Below are positions 13,009 to 24,200 of a stretch of DNA of 64,000 nucleotides, piece after piece. Source of the DNA: an uncultured Verrucomicrobiales bacterium (GTDB lineage: Bacteria > Verrucomicrobiota > Verrucomicrobiia > Verrucomicrobiales > DEV007); assembly GCA_938091905.1 (NCBI GenBank), contig CALKOM010000023.1, forward strand, positions 32,001 through 96,000. Reading direction: 5' to 3'. The notes below the pieces were generated by a model, which saw only the letters and a list, made by a program, of their open reading frames with translations, ran no database searches and was not told the origin of the DNA. The first letter of the stretch is position 1, and each line of letters opens with the position of its first letter. Position numbers and translations under genes: made by a program.

Positions 13009-13896
13009 CTAGTGATCTTCTTCCTCGTGGGCGGTAGAGAGCTGAATGTAAACGGCGCAAAGGAGAGCAAAGACAGTGGCTTGCAGCACACCGACGAGAA
13101 TCTCAAGGAAGTAGAAGGGAAGCGTGAAACCAATCTTCGAGATGAACGACAGTGTCGGGCCTAGCCCAAACGTGTCTCCCAAGGTCGTCATCGCGTGAAG
13201 AAGATTCTCACCAGCGAAGACATTACCGAAGAGTCGGAGCGACAGCGTTACCGGGCGGAAGATAATGGAGACCACTTCAATCACGCCCACAAAGAGGAAA
13301 ATGGGAATGAGAACGAGCTTCATGACCCCAGTCAAACCACCCTTTGGGGCGAAGATGTGCTTCACAAACTCAACAGGGCCGGTCTCCACCATGGTAATGT
13401 AGAACCAGACTACCATCGAACACATCGCAATTGCCAAGGTGAGGTTCATGTCTGCCGTAGCAGGACGCAGCAGTGGAATCTTAGGCTCCGCTGACAACCC
13501 TAAGAAGCCCATCTGAGTGCCTTCATGGCCGATGCCGATCGTTCCAACCCCTGGAAGCAAGCCAAACCAGTTTGCCACGAGGATGTAGACAAAGATCGTG
13601 CATAGCAAAGGGAAGGCTCTTGGAGCTACCTTAGGTCCCACAACCTGCTCGACCTGATTGTATAGAAATTCGAATACGAACTCGACGCCATTCTGTACCG
13701 GCCCGGGGATTAGCGTTGGACTCTTCGTCCCGGCGCGTACCAAGAAGTAGATGATCGCCATGACGATCATCGCCACAAAGACTGAGTTCGTCAAAGCAGC
13801 CAGCAAGCCCGTTGGCCCGACGAGGGGCTGTGCCGTAATCGGCACGCTCGCGAGTTGGAAAGCGGTGACTGGAAGGTCTCCTAAGGAAGAGAACAT
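13009..13896 (-). CDS. atpB: F0 ATP synthase a subunit
   Basis: RPVTLSLRLFGNVFAG and LQATVFALL motifs. Confidence 0.96.
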   Translation of the reverse strand: MFSSLGDLPVTAFQLASVPITAQPLVGPTGLLAALTNSVFVAMIVMAIIYFLVRAGTKSPTLIPGPVQNGVEFVFEFLYNQVEQVVGPKVAPRAFPLLCTIFVYILVANWFGLLPGVGTIGIGHEGTQMGFLGLSAEPKIPLLRPATADMNLTLAIAMCSMVVWFYITMVETGPVEFVKHIFAPKGGLTGVMKLVLIPIFLFVGVIEVVSIIFRPVTLSLRLFGNVFAGENLLHAMTTLGDTFGLGPTLSFISKIGFTLPFYFLEILVGVLQATVFALLCAVYIQLSTAHEEEDH

Positions 13897-14339
13897 GCGT
13901 TAAAAAGCTCTGGTCGGTTCGGCGTTTGACAGCGTTTCCTAAGCGGATGCGCAATCGAGTTTTCCCGTTTAAAACAAGGCTGATTCCTTAGCAAGATCAA
14001 TTTGTGAAATATTTCACAAAGTCCGGATTCCGTTCGCCAAAACCAACTAATTCTTCGCCCTCCACCCACCGTCTCTGATCAGATCTTTCGAGCGGGATCT
14101 CTCCGTACGGCTTTTTCGGCCCAGACAAGGATCCAAGCATACGATGAATCGATAGGCAAAACTCCGCAGTCCAAAGCTGCGGCCTTAAGTCGCCGAGCCA
14201 CCAAGGGGCGCCTGAAAAGCACCTGCCCTTGAGGCTCCTAACTCTGATTGCCTATCTGGAACTCCGATCGTGACGCCACCGGCGCGGTACCATTGTTCGT
14301 CAGCCGGAACGTACAGGGCTCACTCCTACAAAGAGTTAT

Positions 14340-14630
14340 CAAGTCGTCGCTTGTTCCATTTTATCACTAGGTTCCATGAACTGGACTTCATGGGCCTCCC
14401 AGATTTCCGGCCATTAGAATCGCTCTATCTGAGACGCCAAAACCTTGGTTGGAATGGCATCCTTTCGCTGACGATAGCGACTTCTCACCTGGCCTAGCGG
14501 AGTCGCGAATACGACCAACTTCGTGTACGCATGATAGTCCCGCGCCAACTGTACGATCATCGATCGGCCTTCCGCACGGATGTTTGTCCCGTCCCAAACG
14601 ACATCCCGCTGATCCCGCAAACATGCCCAC
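14340..14630 (-). pseudogene. C-terminal remnant of an AAA_33/polynucleotide-kinase-like P-loop protein
   Basis: ACLRDQRDVVWDGTNIRAEGR...RYRQRKDAIPTKVL...ERF*WPEIWEAHEV resembles the VVxDxTN motif and the end of such kinases. The Walker A half is missing; in-frame TAA at 14414-14416. Confidence 0.6.
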
Positions 14631-15190
14631 GCCGAACCCACTTCACGAGAGAATCTGTAAACGCATCGAAGGTAAATCGCTCTGCTAGCCTAACCACATA
14701 GCCCTCTTACACCGTCTTATCGACACGCAACGCTTGCGTCTCTTTCGCATCCCAGGCGCCCTCATAAAACGCGGGCAACAACGATAATCCCAACATCGCG
14801 GCCCACTCGTCAGTCTCCTCCCAAGACAACGCTTCAATTCATCCAGATCGAGAACACAGAGCAGTAGCTCTCCAATGCCTCATAGCTTACGAAATGCCGC
14901 GCATACCCATTCTCCCCACAAACGCGCCATCCGCTCGGAATCTCATGAGCCAGTCCTCCATGCAATTGCTTCACCCAATCCCGCGACACATGATGCCGAC
15001 TATCCACCGACCGCGCATGCAACCCATCGCGATAAAGGATCGTGTTCTCGCCATCCATCTTCTCCGTCACCACCACCTGCCCGCCTTCAAAGTGCGAGGT
15101 ATCAAACAAATAAGTATCGTCACTACTACTGCCAAGCGACCAAGGCAGATGCGGTGTACAAGGGTACTTAATGTAATGTTCACGTGACAT
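14625..15190 (-). pseudogene. ATP-dependent RNA ligase family protein, disrupted
   Basis: KYPCTPHLPWS, VVTEKMDGEN (motif I), HARS and CGEN. Frameshift near 14840, then LSWEETDEWAAMLG...V*EGYVVRL...KWVRRGHV with TAA at 14707-14709. Confidence 0.82.
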
Positions 15191-15378
15191 AATGGACTCC
15201 TAACCATCGCTCGAGCGACCAAACCGAGACAGCATCCAACAATCTCGAGCGATGGGCGGGGGCGCAACCTCACACAACCCCATGCAAAGTCAACAAGAGC
15301 GGCCTGCTCCCCATGCAAATCTGAAAGCCAGGGCGCAGTTCATGCCCCGTTGACCCTGAGACGAATTGCGTCGAAATT

Positions 15379-18300
15379 GTGGGCATGCCCCTGACCTTCT
15401 CAGCCCCACGCTGCCTAGCACTCTTGTCCATGGCTCTGCCAGCCAGTCTTCTTCAGGCTGGTATCACGGAAGTCAATGAATCTGGACTAGGAGGCGATAC
15501 TGCGGCAATCATCGCACCAAGCTTTGGAGAGGATACGTTGTCCTTCTCGGATCGCACGCACCAACACAATGGCGCGGCCTTTAACGAAACTAGTCTCGCC
15601 ACAGGTGGCGATACGATCGTGGCCTTGCCAGAATATTTGTTAGGACATGACTATGTCCGCTTCGCCAACAACGCGAGGGACCAGGATACCTACAGCACAG
15701 AGGTGGTGTCCGATGTGACTTCGCACTTCTACCTCTTGGTCGACAATCGTATCAATGGACCGAGCGGAAACACATCGAGCTCGAATGGGACAGACCCTTC
15801 GTTAGGCGGCACTCTGCAATGGGTGATCGATGGCGGTTGGGAGCGCGTAAACACTGGCATTTCGCCTGGCGGAGCTGCTGATTACACGGGAGTCGATGAG
15901 GGCGGGGATTCCGTCGGTGCCGGACAAGGCTTGAACCAGTTCTATTCGGTGTTTCTGCTAGCAAATCGCACTAGTGTGACCGTGCGCAACAATGGTGTGG
16001 GTGGCTCTAACATGGTTTCTTTGGTCGTGGCACCGAGTTTGGGCGTGGGGCCGACTGGGCCAGACAGCGACGACGATGGCCTACCGGATGACTGGGAAGA
16101 GACTCAATTTGGCAACTTGAGCCAGTCCGCCAGCGACGATCCAGACAGTGATGGTCTAGCCAATGATGAGGAGTATGGTCAGGAAACGAATCCAAACCTA
16201 TCAGACACAGACAGCGATGGCCTGAGCGATGGCGAGGAAGTGAATCAGTATGAGACGGATCCTTTGCTGGTCGATACCGATGAAGATGGACTGACAGATG
16301 GCGCCGAAATAAACTCGCACGGGTCGAACCCCTTGGCCCGCGACACGGATCAGGATGTGCTCGATGACTTCGCCGAGGTGATGACCCATGGCACCAGTCC
16401 CAGCAAGCCGGATACGGATAGCGACGGCTTCAGTGATGGCGTCGAAGTCAGCGCAGGATCCGATCCTAACAATGCGGAAAGTCAGCCCGAATTCAAGCCC
16501 TCACAAGAAGTGGTCATCAACGAATTCATGGCGTCCAATGCAACCACCCGCACAGATGAGAACGGCGACTCGTCGGATTGGATCGAATTGTGGAATCCTA
16601 ACGAAGCACCGGTTGACGTTTCGGGATGGTTTCTTTCTAATGATGCCAACCAACTCACCAAATGGTCGTTGCCAGGCTTCACCATGGCTCCAAGATCTTT
16701 CTTCGTTATCTCTGCCTCAGGCAAAGACCGCACAGTGAGCGCGGATTGGCATACGAACTTCCGGCTCGATCGTGCCGCCGGTGGGTTTATTGCTCTCAGC
16801 AAGCCGATAGCCGCGGGAGGAGCGGAAGTCGTGCATGCCTATGAGAACCTCGATCGCCAGCGCGAGGATGTTTCCTTTGGGCTAACAGGCACAGAACCTC
16901 CATTCACCAACGGCTATTTCCGCATGCCAACCCCGGGCACACCGAACAGCGCCAACTCTGTCGCGGGGTTTGTACGCGACACTAAGTTCTCGGTCGATCG
17001 TGGATTTTACGACGCGCCATTCACACTCACCATCGCCTGCGCCACGCCAGGAGCGACGATCATTTATACCACTGATGGGAGCCCACCTTCGAACTCACCA
17101 CGTCGCGGCACCCGTGTACCGGCCGCTAATCCCAACACGCCACCCATTGCAAACATTGACATTGCCACCACGACCAACGTGCGCGCGATGGCTGTGCAAA
17201 TAGGTTTCGAATCTAGCAATATCGACACGCACACCTACCTCTTCCGCGACGCCATCTTGCAGCAGAGTAACGCAACCGTGCCCGCCCATGCAAACTGGGG
17301 ACATGCCGGACCAGATTTCGAAATGGACCCTAGCATTGTGAATCACAGCAACCCGGAGATTCGGCCAGAGACCGCGGATTTCCTTCGCGTGCCCACCGTA
17401 TCCTTGACCATGGATTGGGACAGCATGTTCGGAAATGGAGGCATCTACATCGCCGGTGAAGGCGTCGACCGACCAACCTCGATAGAGTATCTCAATCCTA
17501 ACAGTGACTTAGACCACCCTAATGAAGCCGAAGGTTTTCAAATAGAAGGCACCGTACGGATTGTAGGAGGTTCCAGTACAGGCCGTTGGAAATCGGACAA
17601 GCTGTCTATGCGACTAAAGTTCACCAAGGACCTACGTTTCCCACTATTTGGCAATGAGCGCACCGATCGCTTTGACACCTTAATACTGGATCATCGGCTA
17701 AACAATGTCTGGCACTACAACAGACGCGCCGATCAACGGGATCGCGCGCAATACACGCACGACCAGTTTCCGGCCGACCTGCACACCTTGATGGGCGGCG
17801 TGTCTCCAGAAGGCCACCACTGCTTGCTCTACATCAATGGCGTTCTCTGGGGCATCACCGAACTGCATGAACGGCCCGATGACAACTTCGCCGCTGAGTA
17901 TCTGGGTGGCGACAACGGCAACTACGACGTCATGAAGCATCGGATCGGCACCGTGATCTCCGGCAGCAATGCAAACTACCGTGACATGCTGTCACGCACC
18001 CGGCGCTCAATGAGCAGCCCTGCCAACTACATCGCCGTGACCGAAGTGCTGGATATCGAGAACTTCATCGCCTACATGTTAGCCAACTACTACGTAGGCA
18101 ATACGGACTGGGCACATCAGAACTGGTATGCCTCTTACAACCGGGTGTCGGCCGATGGCAAATGGCATTACCACAGTTGGGATCCCGAGCATTGCATGGA
18201 GAGCACTAACCACGATGTCACTAGTCGTAATGATAGTAATGGGCCAACCGAAGTCTTCCACAATCTCATCGCTAATCCTGAATTCCGTCTACTCTTCGCC

Positions 18301-21030
18301 GATCGCGTGCATCAGCATTTCCACGGAGACGGTGTCCTCACACCAGCCAACGTGGTGACCGCCTACATGCGTCGCGCCAATGTCGTCGACTTATTGAGCC
18401 GTATCGAATCCGCGCGCTGGGGCGACAATGGCCGATCGAATCCCTACACACGGCTCGATTGGCTGCGCGTGCGCGATCAATTGCTCGGAACAGCCACGGG
18501 GAACAGTTTTTACAATTACTTTCCTCGCCGAACAGGCGTTGTGCTAGAACAATTTCGCAATCGCGGTTGGTATCCAGACACGGAGCCACCCATGCTATCG
18601 CCCAGCCCCGGAGTGGTGGATCAAAACACCGCGCTGCAGCTCGCCAGCAGCTCAGGAGGCGTCATCTACTACACACTCGATGGAAGCGACCCTCGCAAAC
18701 CGTTGTTAGAAGAAGCCGATCCCAGCACGACCACCCGATTAGTCACCGAGACGGCGACCAAGTTTGCCGCCGTGCCGCAAGATGATAGCCAGAGATCCAC
18801 CTGGATGACCCGCACCTTCAATCACGATGGCTGGGCCAGCGGCACTGAGGGAGCAGGTTATGAAGAAAGCAACAATGGCGCCTATGTAGATTTGATAGAC
18901 AACGCCTTGGATTTCGGAGACGAGGTCAATGATAACGGACAGGAAACTCTCTATCTACGCGTGCCGTTTAATGCGAGTGCCGTGGAAAGCTTCGGTTCGC
19001 TCGAGCTAGGCATCCGCTACGACGATGGCTTTGTCGCCTACTTGAATGGCACCGAGATTGCACGCGCCAATGCGCCAGGAAACGTGGGCACCCTCCTGGA
19101 TCATGATAGCAATGCCAGCACAAGTCACAGCGACAACAATGCCGTAGAATTCGCAAGCTTCAATGTCAGCGAGCATCTGGGTGCCTTGCGAAATGGCACC
19201 AATGTGCTAGCCATCCATGGCCTGAATCGTGGAACGAGCAGTAGCGACCTATTAATCTGGCCTACACTCATCGCCTCCGATGAGCCCGATGCCAGCGCCG
19301 GTGAGATTGCAGAAACAGCCCAACGCTATCAAACGCCGATCACCTTAACAGAATCGGCACAAATTCGGGCCAGGACATTACGCAACGGTGAATGGTCGCC
19401 GCTGAGTGAGGGTGCGTTTCTGGTCGGTAGCGTGGCTGCCAACTCGGCAAACTTGCGCATCACCGAAGTTCACTACCATCCAAGCGCGCCAACCGAAGCT
19501 GAAATGGCTGCGGGTCATGAACGGAAGAGTGATTTCGAGTTCATCGAAATCACCAATATCAGCGCCACGGAAAACGTGCATTTGCTAGGCACAAGTTTCG
19601 CGAGTGGTGTCGAGTTTGAAACCGATCGTCATGCGTATTTTTTCGAAATCGGGCCCAGGGAAAGTGTCGTCTTGGTCGAGGACCGCGCGGCCTTTGAAAA
19701 CCGCTACGGCTCGGAGATCCCCGTCGTCGGCACCTTCCAACTCGGCACCCAACTCTCCAACGCCGGCGAAACCGTCGAGCTGCGCGGCGGTAATGGTCAG
19801 ACCATCCAGAGCCTTGCCTACGTGGACGAAGCCCCGTGGCCCCTCGAAGCGGACGGCGCAGGCAAATCCCTCACTTTGATCGATCCCTTGGCCCCAGACG
19901 CCCCCACCAAAGCAAGACAATGGACGGCCAGCCAAGAGATCGGCGGCACACCCGGCCGCCTCGAAACCGAGGCTCCCATCGAGGACTTCTCACTCAACCT
20001 CAAAACCGTAGGCCAAGGCACCCTGACAGCCTCTCCACAATCCGATCGCTACACTGCTGGCCAAACGGTCACGTTGACTCCCCAGGCCGCCCCCGGCTGG
20101 ATGTTCGACCAGTGGAGCGGTGACGCCAGTGGCACGGAAGCCCCACTCATCGTCACGATGAACACTGACACAGGTGTCACCGCCACGTTCAAACCACAAC
20201 CGCGATTCACACTCACCACCGAGATCATCGGAAATGGCAGCGTAAACGCAAGCCCGCAGCAAGCCGACTACGCCCTCGGAGAAACCATCACGCTAACCGC
20301 CACGCCATCCACTGGCGCCATCTTCCAAAGTTGGAGCGGCGCCGCGAGCGGAACCGAATCCCCTATCACCCTGACACTAGGTGCCAACCAACAAGTCACC
20401 GCGACCTTCGTCAACGTCTGGCCCCTAATCCTAGAACCAACCACGGGTGGCACTGTGACTCTGTCACCAAACCTAAGCCAACACATCGACGGCACCAGCG
20501 TGGCGCTCACAGCCCTTCCGGAAGACGGCTTTCAGTTCACCGGCTGGACCGGAGCACTATCAGGCACCAGCAATCCCGCCAACCTCGTCATGACCGGCAA
20601 CTTCACAGTGCGACCAGCGTTCACTCGCAATCTCACCCCACTCGAGACTTGGCAACACACCCACTTCTCAGAAGCAGAACGCACAAACGCCAGCATCTCC
20701 GGCAGCACCGCCGATCCCGACGGCGATGGCATGGTAAATATCCTAGAGTTTCTCTCAGGAACAGATCCACAAGACCCACACGCCCGGCCGCGCCTCAACG
20801 CTGTCGTGAGCGACGACAGCGTCATTGAAATCCGGTGGATACGTCCAAGCACGCTGAGCCAGCGCACGGCTGCGTGGTCCATGGAGCTAAGCCAAGACCT
20901 CACGGCCTGGCAAATCAGCGACAGTGCCTCTGAAAGCGAGATTGCCAACGGAGAAGAAACGCTCATCTTTCGCAGCAATGGCAGCGAAGCCAACGTGCGC
21001 TACGCCCGATTGCGAGTCGATCTTGAGTAA
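15379..21030 (+). CDS. Large secreted CotH-kinase / lamin-tail-domain protein with Ca-binding DxDxDG repeats, chitobiase/FN3-like linkers and three InlB-B-like repeats
   Basis: Signal peptide; about six DxDxDG(L) repeats; LTD (VINEFMASN..DWIELWN, ITEVHYHP); IYTTDGSPP; CotH motifs LYINGVLWG..ERPD, NTDW..NWY and WDPE; three G..VTLT..P..G..F..WSG repeats. Confidence 0.85.
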   Translation: MGMPLTFSAPRCLALLSMALPASLLQAGITEVNESGLGGDTAAIIAPSFGEDTLSFSDRTHQHNGAAFNETSLATGGDTIVALPEYLLGHDYVRFANNARDQDTYSTEVVSDVTSHFYLLVDNRINGPSGNTSSSNGTDPSLGGTLQWVIDGGWERVNTGISPGGAADYTGVDEGGDSVGAGQGLNQFYSVFLLANRTSVTVRNNGVGGSNMVSLVVAPSLGVGPTGPDSDDDGLPDDWEETQFGNLSQSASDDPDSDGLANDEEYGQETNPNLSDTDSDGLSDGEEVNQYETDPLLVDTDEDGLTDGAEINSHGSNPLARDTDQDVLDDFAEVMTHGTSPSKPDTDSDGFSDGVEVSAGSDPNNAESQPEFKPSQEVVINEFMASNATTRTDENGDSSDWIELWNPNEAPVDVSGWFLSNDANQLTKWSLPGFTMAPRSFFVISASGKDRTVSADWHTNFRLDRAAGGFIALSKPIAAGGAEVVHAYENLDRQREDVSFGLTGTEPPFTNGYFRMPTPGTPNSANSVAGFVRDTKFSVDRGFYDAPFTLTIACATPGATIIYTTDGSPPSNSPRRGTRVPAANPNTPPIANIDIATTTNVRAMAVQIGFESSNIDTHTYLFRDAILQQSNATVPAHANWGHAGPDFEMDPSIVNHSNPEIRPETADFLRVPTVSLTMDWDSMFGNGGIYIAGEGVDRPTSIEYLNPNSDLDHPNEAEGFQIEGTVRIVGGSSTGRWKSDKLSMRLKFTKDLRFPLFGNERTDRFDTLILDHRLNNVWHYNRRADQRDRAQYTHDQFPADLHTLMGGVSPEGHHCLLYINGVLWGITELHERPDDNFAAEYLGGDNGNYDVMKHRIGTVISGSNANYRDMLSRTRRSMSSPANYIAVTEVLDIENFIAYMLANYYVGNTDWAHQNWYASYNRVSADGKWHYHSWDPEHCMESTNHDVTSRNDSNGPTEVFHNLIANPEFRLLFADRVHQHFHGDGVLTPANVVTAYMRRANVVDLLSRIESARWGDNGRSNPYTRLDWLRVRDQLLGTATGNSFYNYFPRRTGVVLEQFRNRGWYPDTEPPMLSPSPGVVDQNTALQLASSSGGVIYYTLDGSDPRKPLLEEADPSTTTRLVTETATKFAAVPQDDSQRSTWMTRTFNHDGWASGTEGAGYEESNNGAYVDLIDNALDFGDEVNDNGQETLYLRVPFNASAVESFGSLELGIRYDDGFVAYLNGTEIARANAPGNVGTLLDHDSNASTSHSDNNAVEFASFNVSEHLGALRNGTNVLAIHGLNRGTSSSDLLIWPTLIASDEPDASAGEIAETAQRYQTPITLTESAQIRARTLRNGEWSPLSEGAFLVGSVAANSANLRITEVHYHPSAPTEAEMAAGHERKSDFEFIEITNISATENVHLLGTSFASGVEFETDRHAYFFEIGPRESVVLVEDRAAFENRYGSEIPVVGTFQLGTQLSNAGETVELRGGNGQTIQSLAYVDEAPWPLEADGAGKSLTLIDPLAPDAPTKARQWTASQEIGGTPGRLETEAPIEDFSLNLKTVGQGTLTASPQSDRYTAGQTVTLTPQAAPGWMFDQWSGDASGTEAPLIVTMNTDTGVTATFKPQPRFTLTTEIIGNGSVNASPQQADYALGETITLTATPSTGAIFQSWSGAASGTESPITLTLGANQQVTATFVNVWPLILEPTTGGTVTLSPNLSQHIDGTSVALTALPEDGFQFTGWTGALSGTSNPANLVMTGNFTVRPAFTRNLTPLETWQHTHFSEAERTNASISGSTADPDGDGMVNILEFLSGTDPQDPHARPRLNAVVSDDSVIEIRWIRPSTLSQRTAAWSMELSQDLTAWQISDSASESEIANGEETLIFRSNGSEANVRYARLRVDLE

Positions 21031-21282
21031 CGCTTAGCGGACACGCACGCGAGAAATACCTGTTCCAACTTGCGCCCGGATGGCGTCCTCATCCGTTAGG
21101 ATGCGGAGCCTGTCGTCATCACCGTGCCGTAAGATTGCCATTCGGCATCTAAGGAAAGCTCCAACCCGACCTCTGGAGTTCCATCTCGTTGCATTCGTAG
21201 CAGTGTCCTTGATAGCCCGTTGAATCTTCTTGAGTTACGCTCGCAAAATCTTCAGACTCCCTCTCAAATTCACCCCATTCCG

Positions 21283-24200
21283 ATGATGAAATCCCAATCG
21301 ACATTCCACTGTTTTAGCGTACTGTTTGTCCTGCTCGTCTTCGGGTCTAGCGTTCAAGCTCGCAACTTCCGCTCTCGCATGTCTCCCAACGGCACCGTCT
21401 TCCGTTGCACTGCCTGCCATGTAAGTCCCAGCGGTGGCGGACAACGCACAACCTTTGGTGAAGCGGTAAACAGTTTGGTTAGTCCAAACGGACGGGAAGA
21501 ATTCTGGACTCCAGCGTTTGCCGCCTTGGACTCAGATGGCGATGGCGCGACCAATGGAGAAGAAGTCGGCGATCCTGACGGAGATGGCGAGGCCTCGGCG
21601 GGTGCAGAGGTCACCAATCCAGGTGATCCTGATAGCACTCCTTCATTGGCAACTGGTGCCACTCCCATTGGCTTCTATTCTTTCGATGATGCAGCGGCTC
21701 CAATGACCGACGACAGCGCCTCTGGGAATGATCTTGTCAGTGCGACGGCAGATCCAACCTATGTTGACGACGGTGGAGTGGAAGGTGGCGCCTATGATTT
21801 CGATGCCACTCATTTGGAAATCCCCATTGATGTGAATCCTGGCACCATCCCAGAACTTACGATGGGCGCTTGGGTCAAGACTTCGGATCTCAGCGAAGGC
21901 CAGCGCAAGATCATGGGCCATGACAATGGCGGCTGGGACCGGACCATCGGATTGGATGCCCGCGCTGCCGGGGACGGCTTTCGTTACACTTCGTTTATTG
22001 GCAATGGACGCCCTGCGGTGGGAACCCCAGGACCGGAAAGCGAGGACGACTGGACTTTCATCGCGGCCGTCTATGATCACCCTAACAATCGGGTCACCGT
22101 CTATGTCGACGTCGATTCGAGTACGACAGAAGACACGCTCGTTGGTGTGACCGAGCCGACAGGATTTGGCGACGGCTTTCCAACCATGTCCCTGGGCAGT
22201 CTTCGCCCGGACAATACGGCAGAAGGTTGGATTGGCTTGATTGACAACGCCTTTCTCTTCGATGCAGCGCTTGATCCAGGGCAGATTCGGCGTCTTCGAG
22301 ATGGTGGGAAAACCGCCGCACTCGGAGGGCTGCTTCCCAGCGATCCGCGCATTTCGCTAGCAGGAGACGAGGTCTTCGGCAACGTGGGGGAAAGTCCCGG
22401 TCGCGTGGAAGGGATGGTCGCGATCAGCAATGAAGGGGCGACCATGCCTCTCAATCTGGCTTCCGTGACCTTGAGTGGGGATCAAATGAGCTTCTACGAG
22501 GTCGTCTCGGCACCGGAGAGCATCGCAGCCGGGGCCACTGACAATGTCGTTGTAGCCTTTGATCCTGGCGACGTCTTTGGGGATTTTGCCGCTTCTCTGG
22601 TGATTGAATCAGATGACTTTGGAGCACCGCTCACGATGATCGACCTGTCTGCTAGAGTCACTCGCCCCTCAATGAATGACTGGCTTCCGCCGCGCGAAGA
22701 TCTGATCGCCTATTGGACGTTTGATGATGCAGCAGCGCCGCTCACCGATAGCAGCGGTCAAGAGACGATGCTCGCCAATGACGTGGCTGAGGCGACCTAC
22801 AACGGCGAGAACGGGTTCCAAGGGGGAGCCTTTCACTTTGACGGCACAGAACGTTTGATTGCCGATTTGGATGTGAATCCTAGCGAGCTTCCGCAAATGA
22901 GCTGGGGTGCCTGGGTAAAGACTGACAATGTCGCCCCAGGATTGCGCAAAGTCATGGGACACGACGATGGCGGTTGGGATCGCACCATCGGCTTGGACAA
23001 TCGCAGCGGAGAATTCCGCTACACATCGTTCATCGGTACGGGACGTCCGGTGGTGGATTTGCCAGGGCCGGTCAATGTCGATGACTGGACATTCCTTGCC
23101 GCTGTCTATGATCAGGATGCGGAAGAGGTCACCGTCTACGTCGACCTTGAGGCCCGTTCGACTTCGGACGAGCTGGTCGTCGTGACCGAGCCTGCCGTGT
23201 TTGGAGCTGGACAGAGCCAATTCTCCATCGGGAATATTCGGCCCGACAACGCGAATGAGGGATGGGTCGGGTTGATCGACAACCCCTTTGTGTATAAGAG
23301 CGCCCTGACGGCCAGAGAAATCACCTCCATCCGTGACATGGTTGGAGATGCCATTCTCGGTCCTGATGATCCCAACATACTCGTATCGTCGCAGACCATC
23401 TTTGGGCCACTGGAAACGCGCGATCCGGTGACGCGGCCACTTACTATTTCCAATAACGGCGCTAGCAATCCTCTCAACGTGACGAATCTGACCGTGACCG
23501 GAGAGGATGCGAGCTACTTCACCCCGGCAGCAACTCCCGGAATGATCGCCCCCGGTGTAAATGCGGCGGTGGACATTACTTTCGATCCTGGTGGTGAAGC
23601 GGGCGCGTTTTCTGCGAAACTATTAGTGGAAAGCAACGATGCCGGGCAGCCCGTCCAGACGATTGATCTTTCGGCCACGACGCCGTCTTCTGAGAGTGGT
23701 GATCCCTTGCTCAATGGCCCTCTTATTTCGCCCTTTGGCACGGTGGGCTCCGGAGAAACCTCTCGCATGGTGACGATCGAGAATGGGGGAGCGACGCAAT
23801 CTCTTTCCGTCAACAGAGTGACCTTGATTGGCAGTGACGCTAGCAGGTTCACCCTAGGCGATGTGCCCACCTCGATTGCCGCCGGTGCCAATGCAAACAT
23901 TCCGGTCACGTTTGACTCAGAAGGCGAGTTTGGCAGCTTCCGAGCCTCGCTTCTGGTCGTGAGCAATGATGCGACGAGCCGTTTCGCAGAGATTGATATC
24001 TCTGCCGTAGTGCCCATTCAAAACCCGGAGGACGCCTTGATCGGCTATTACTCCTTCGACGACCCGTCCACTCCCTTCAACGATGATTCCGAATCCGGTA
24101 ACACCTTGGAAAGCGCCGATGTCGATCCGACCTACGCGAGTGAAACCGGTTTTCAAGAGACCGGAGCTTTTCAGTTCGATGGCACGCAGCGCTTGATTGC

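Noticed and set aside
16060..16480. Periodic sequence resembling a CRISPR or tandem DNA repeat
   Set aside because: It is a protein-level DxDxDG calcium-binding repeat with divergent codons. No CRISPR array or cas gene was seen in the window.
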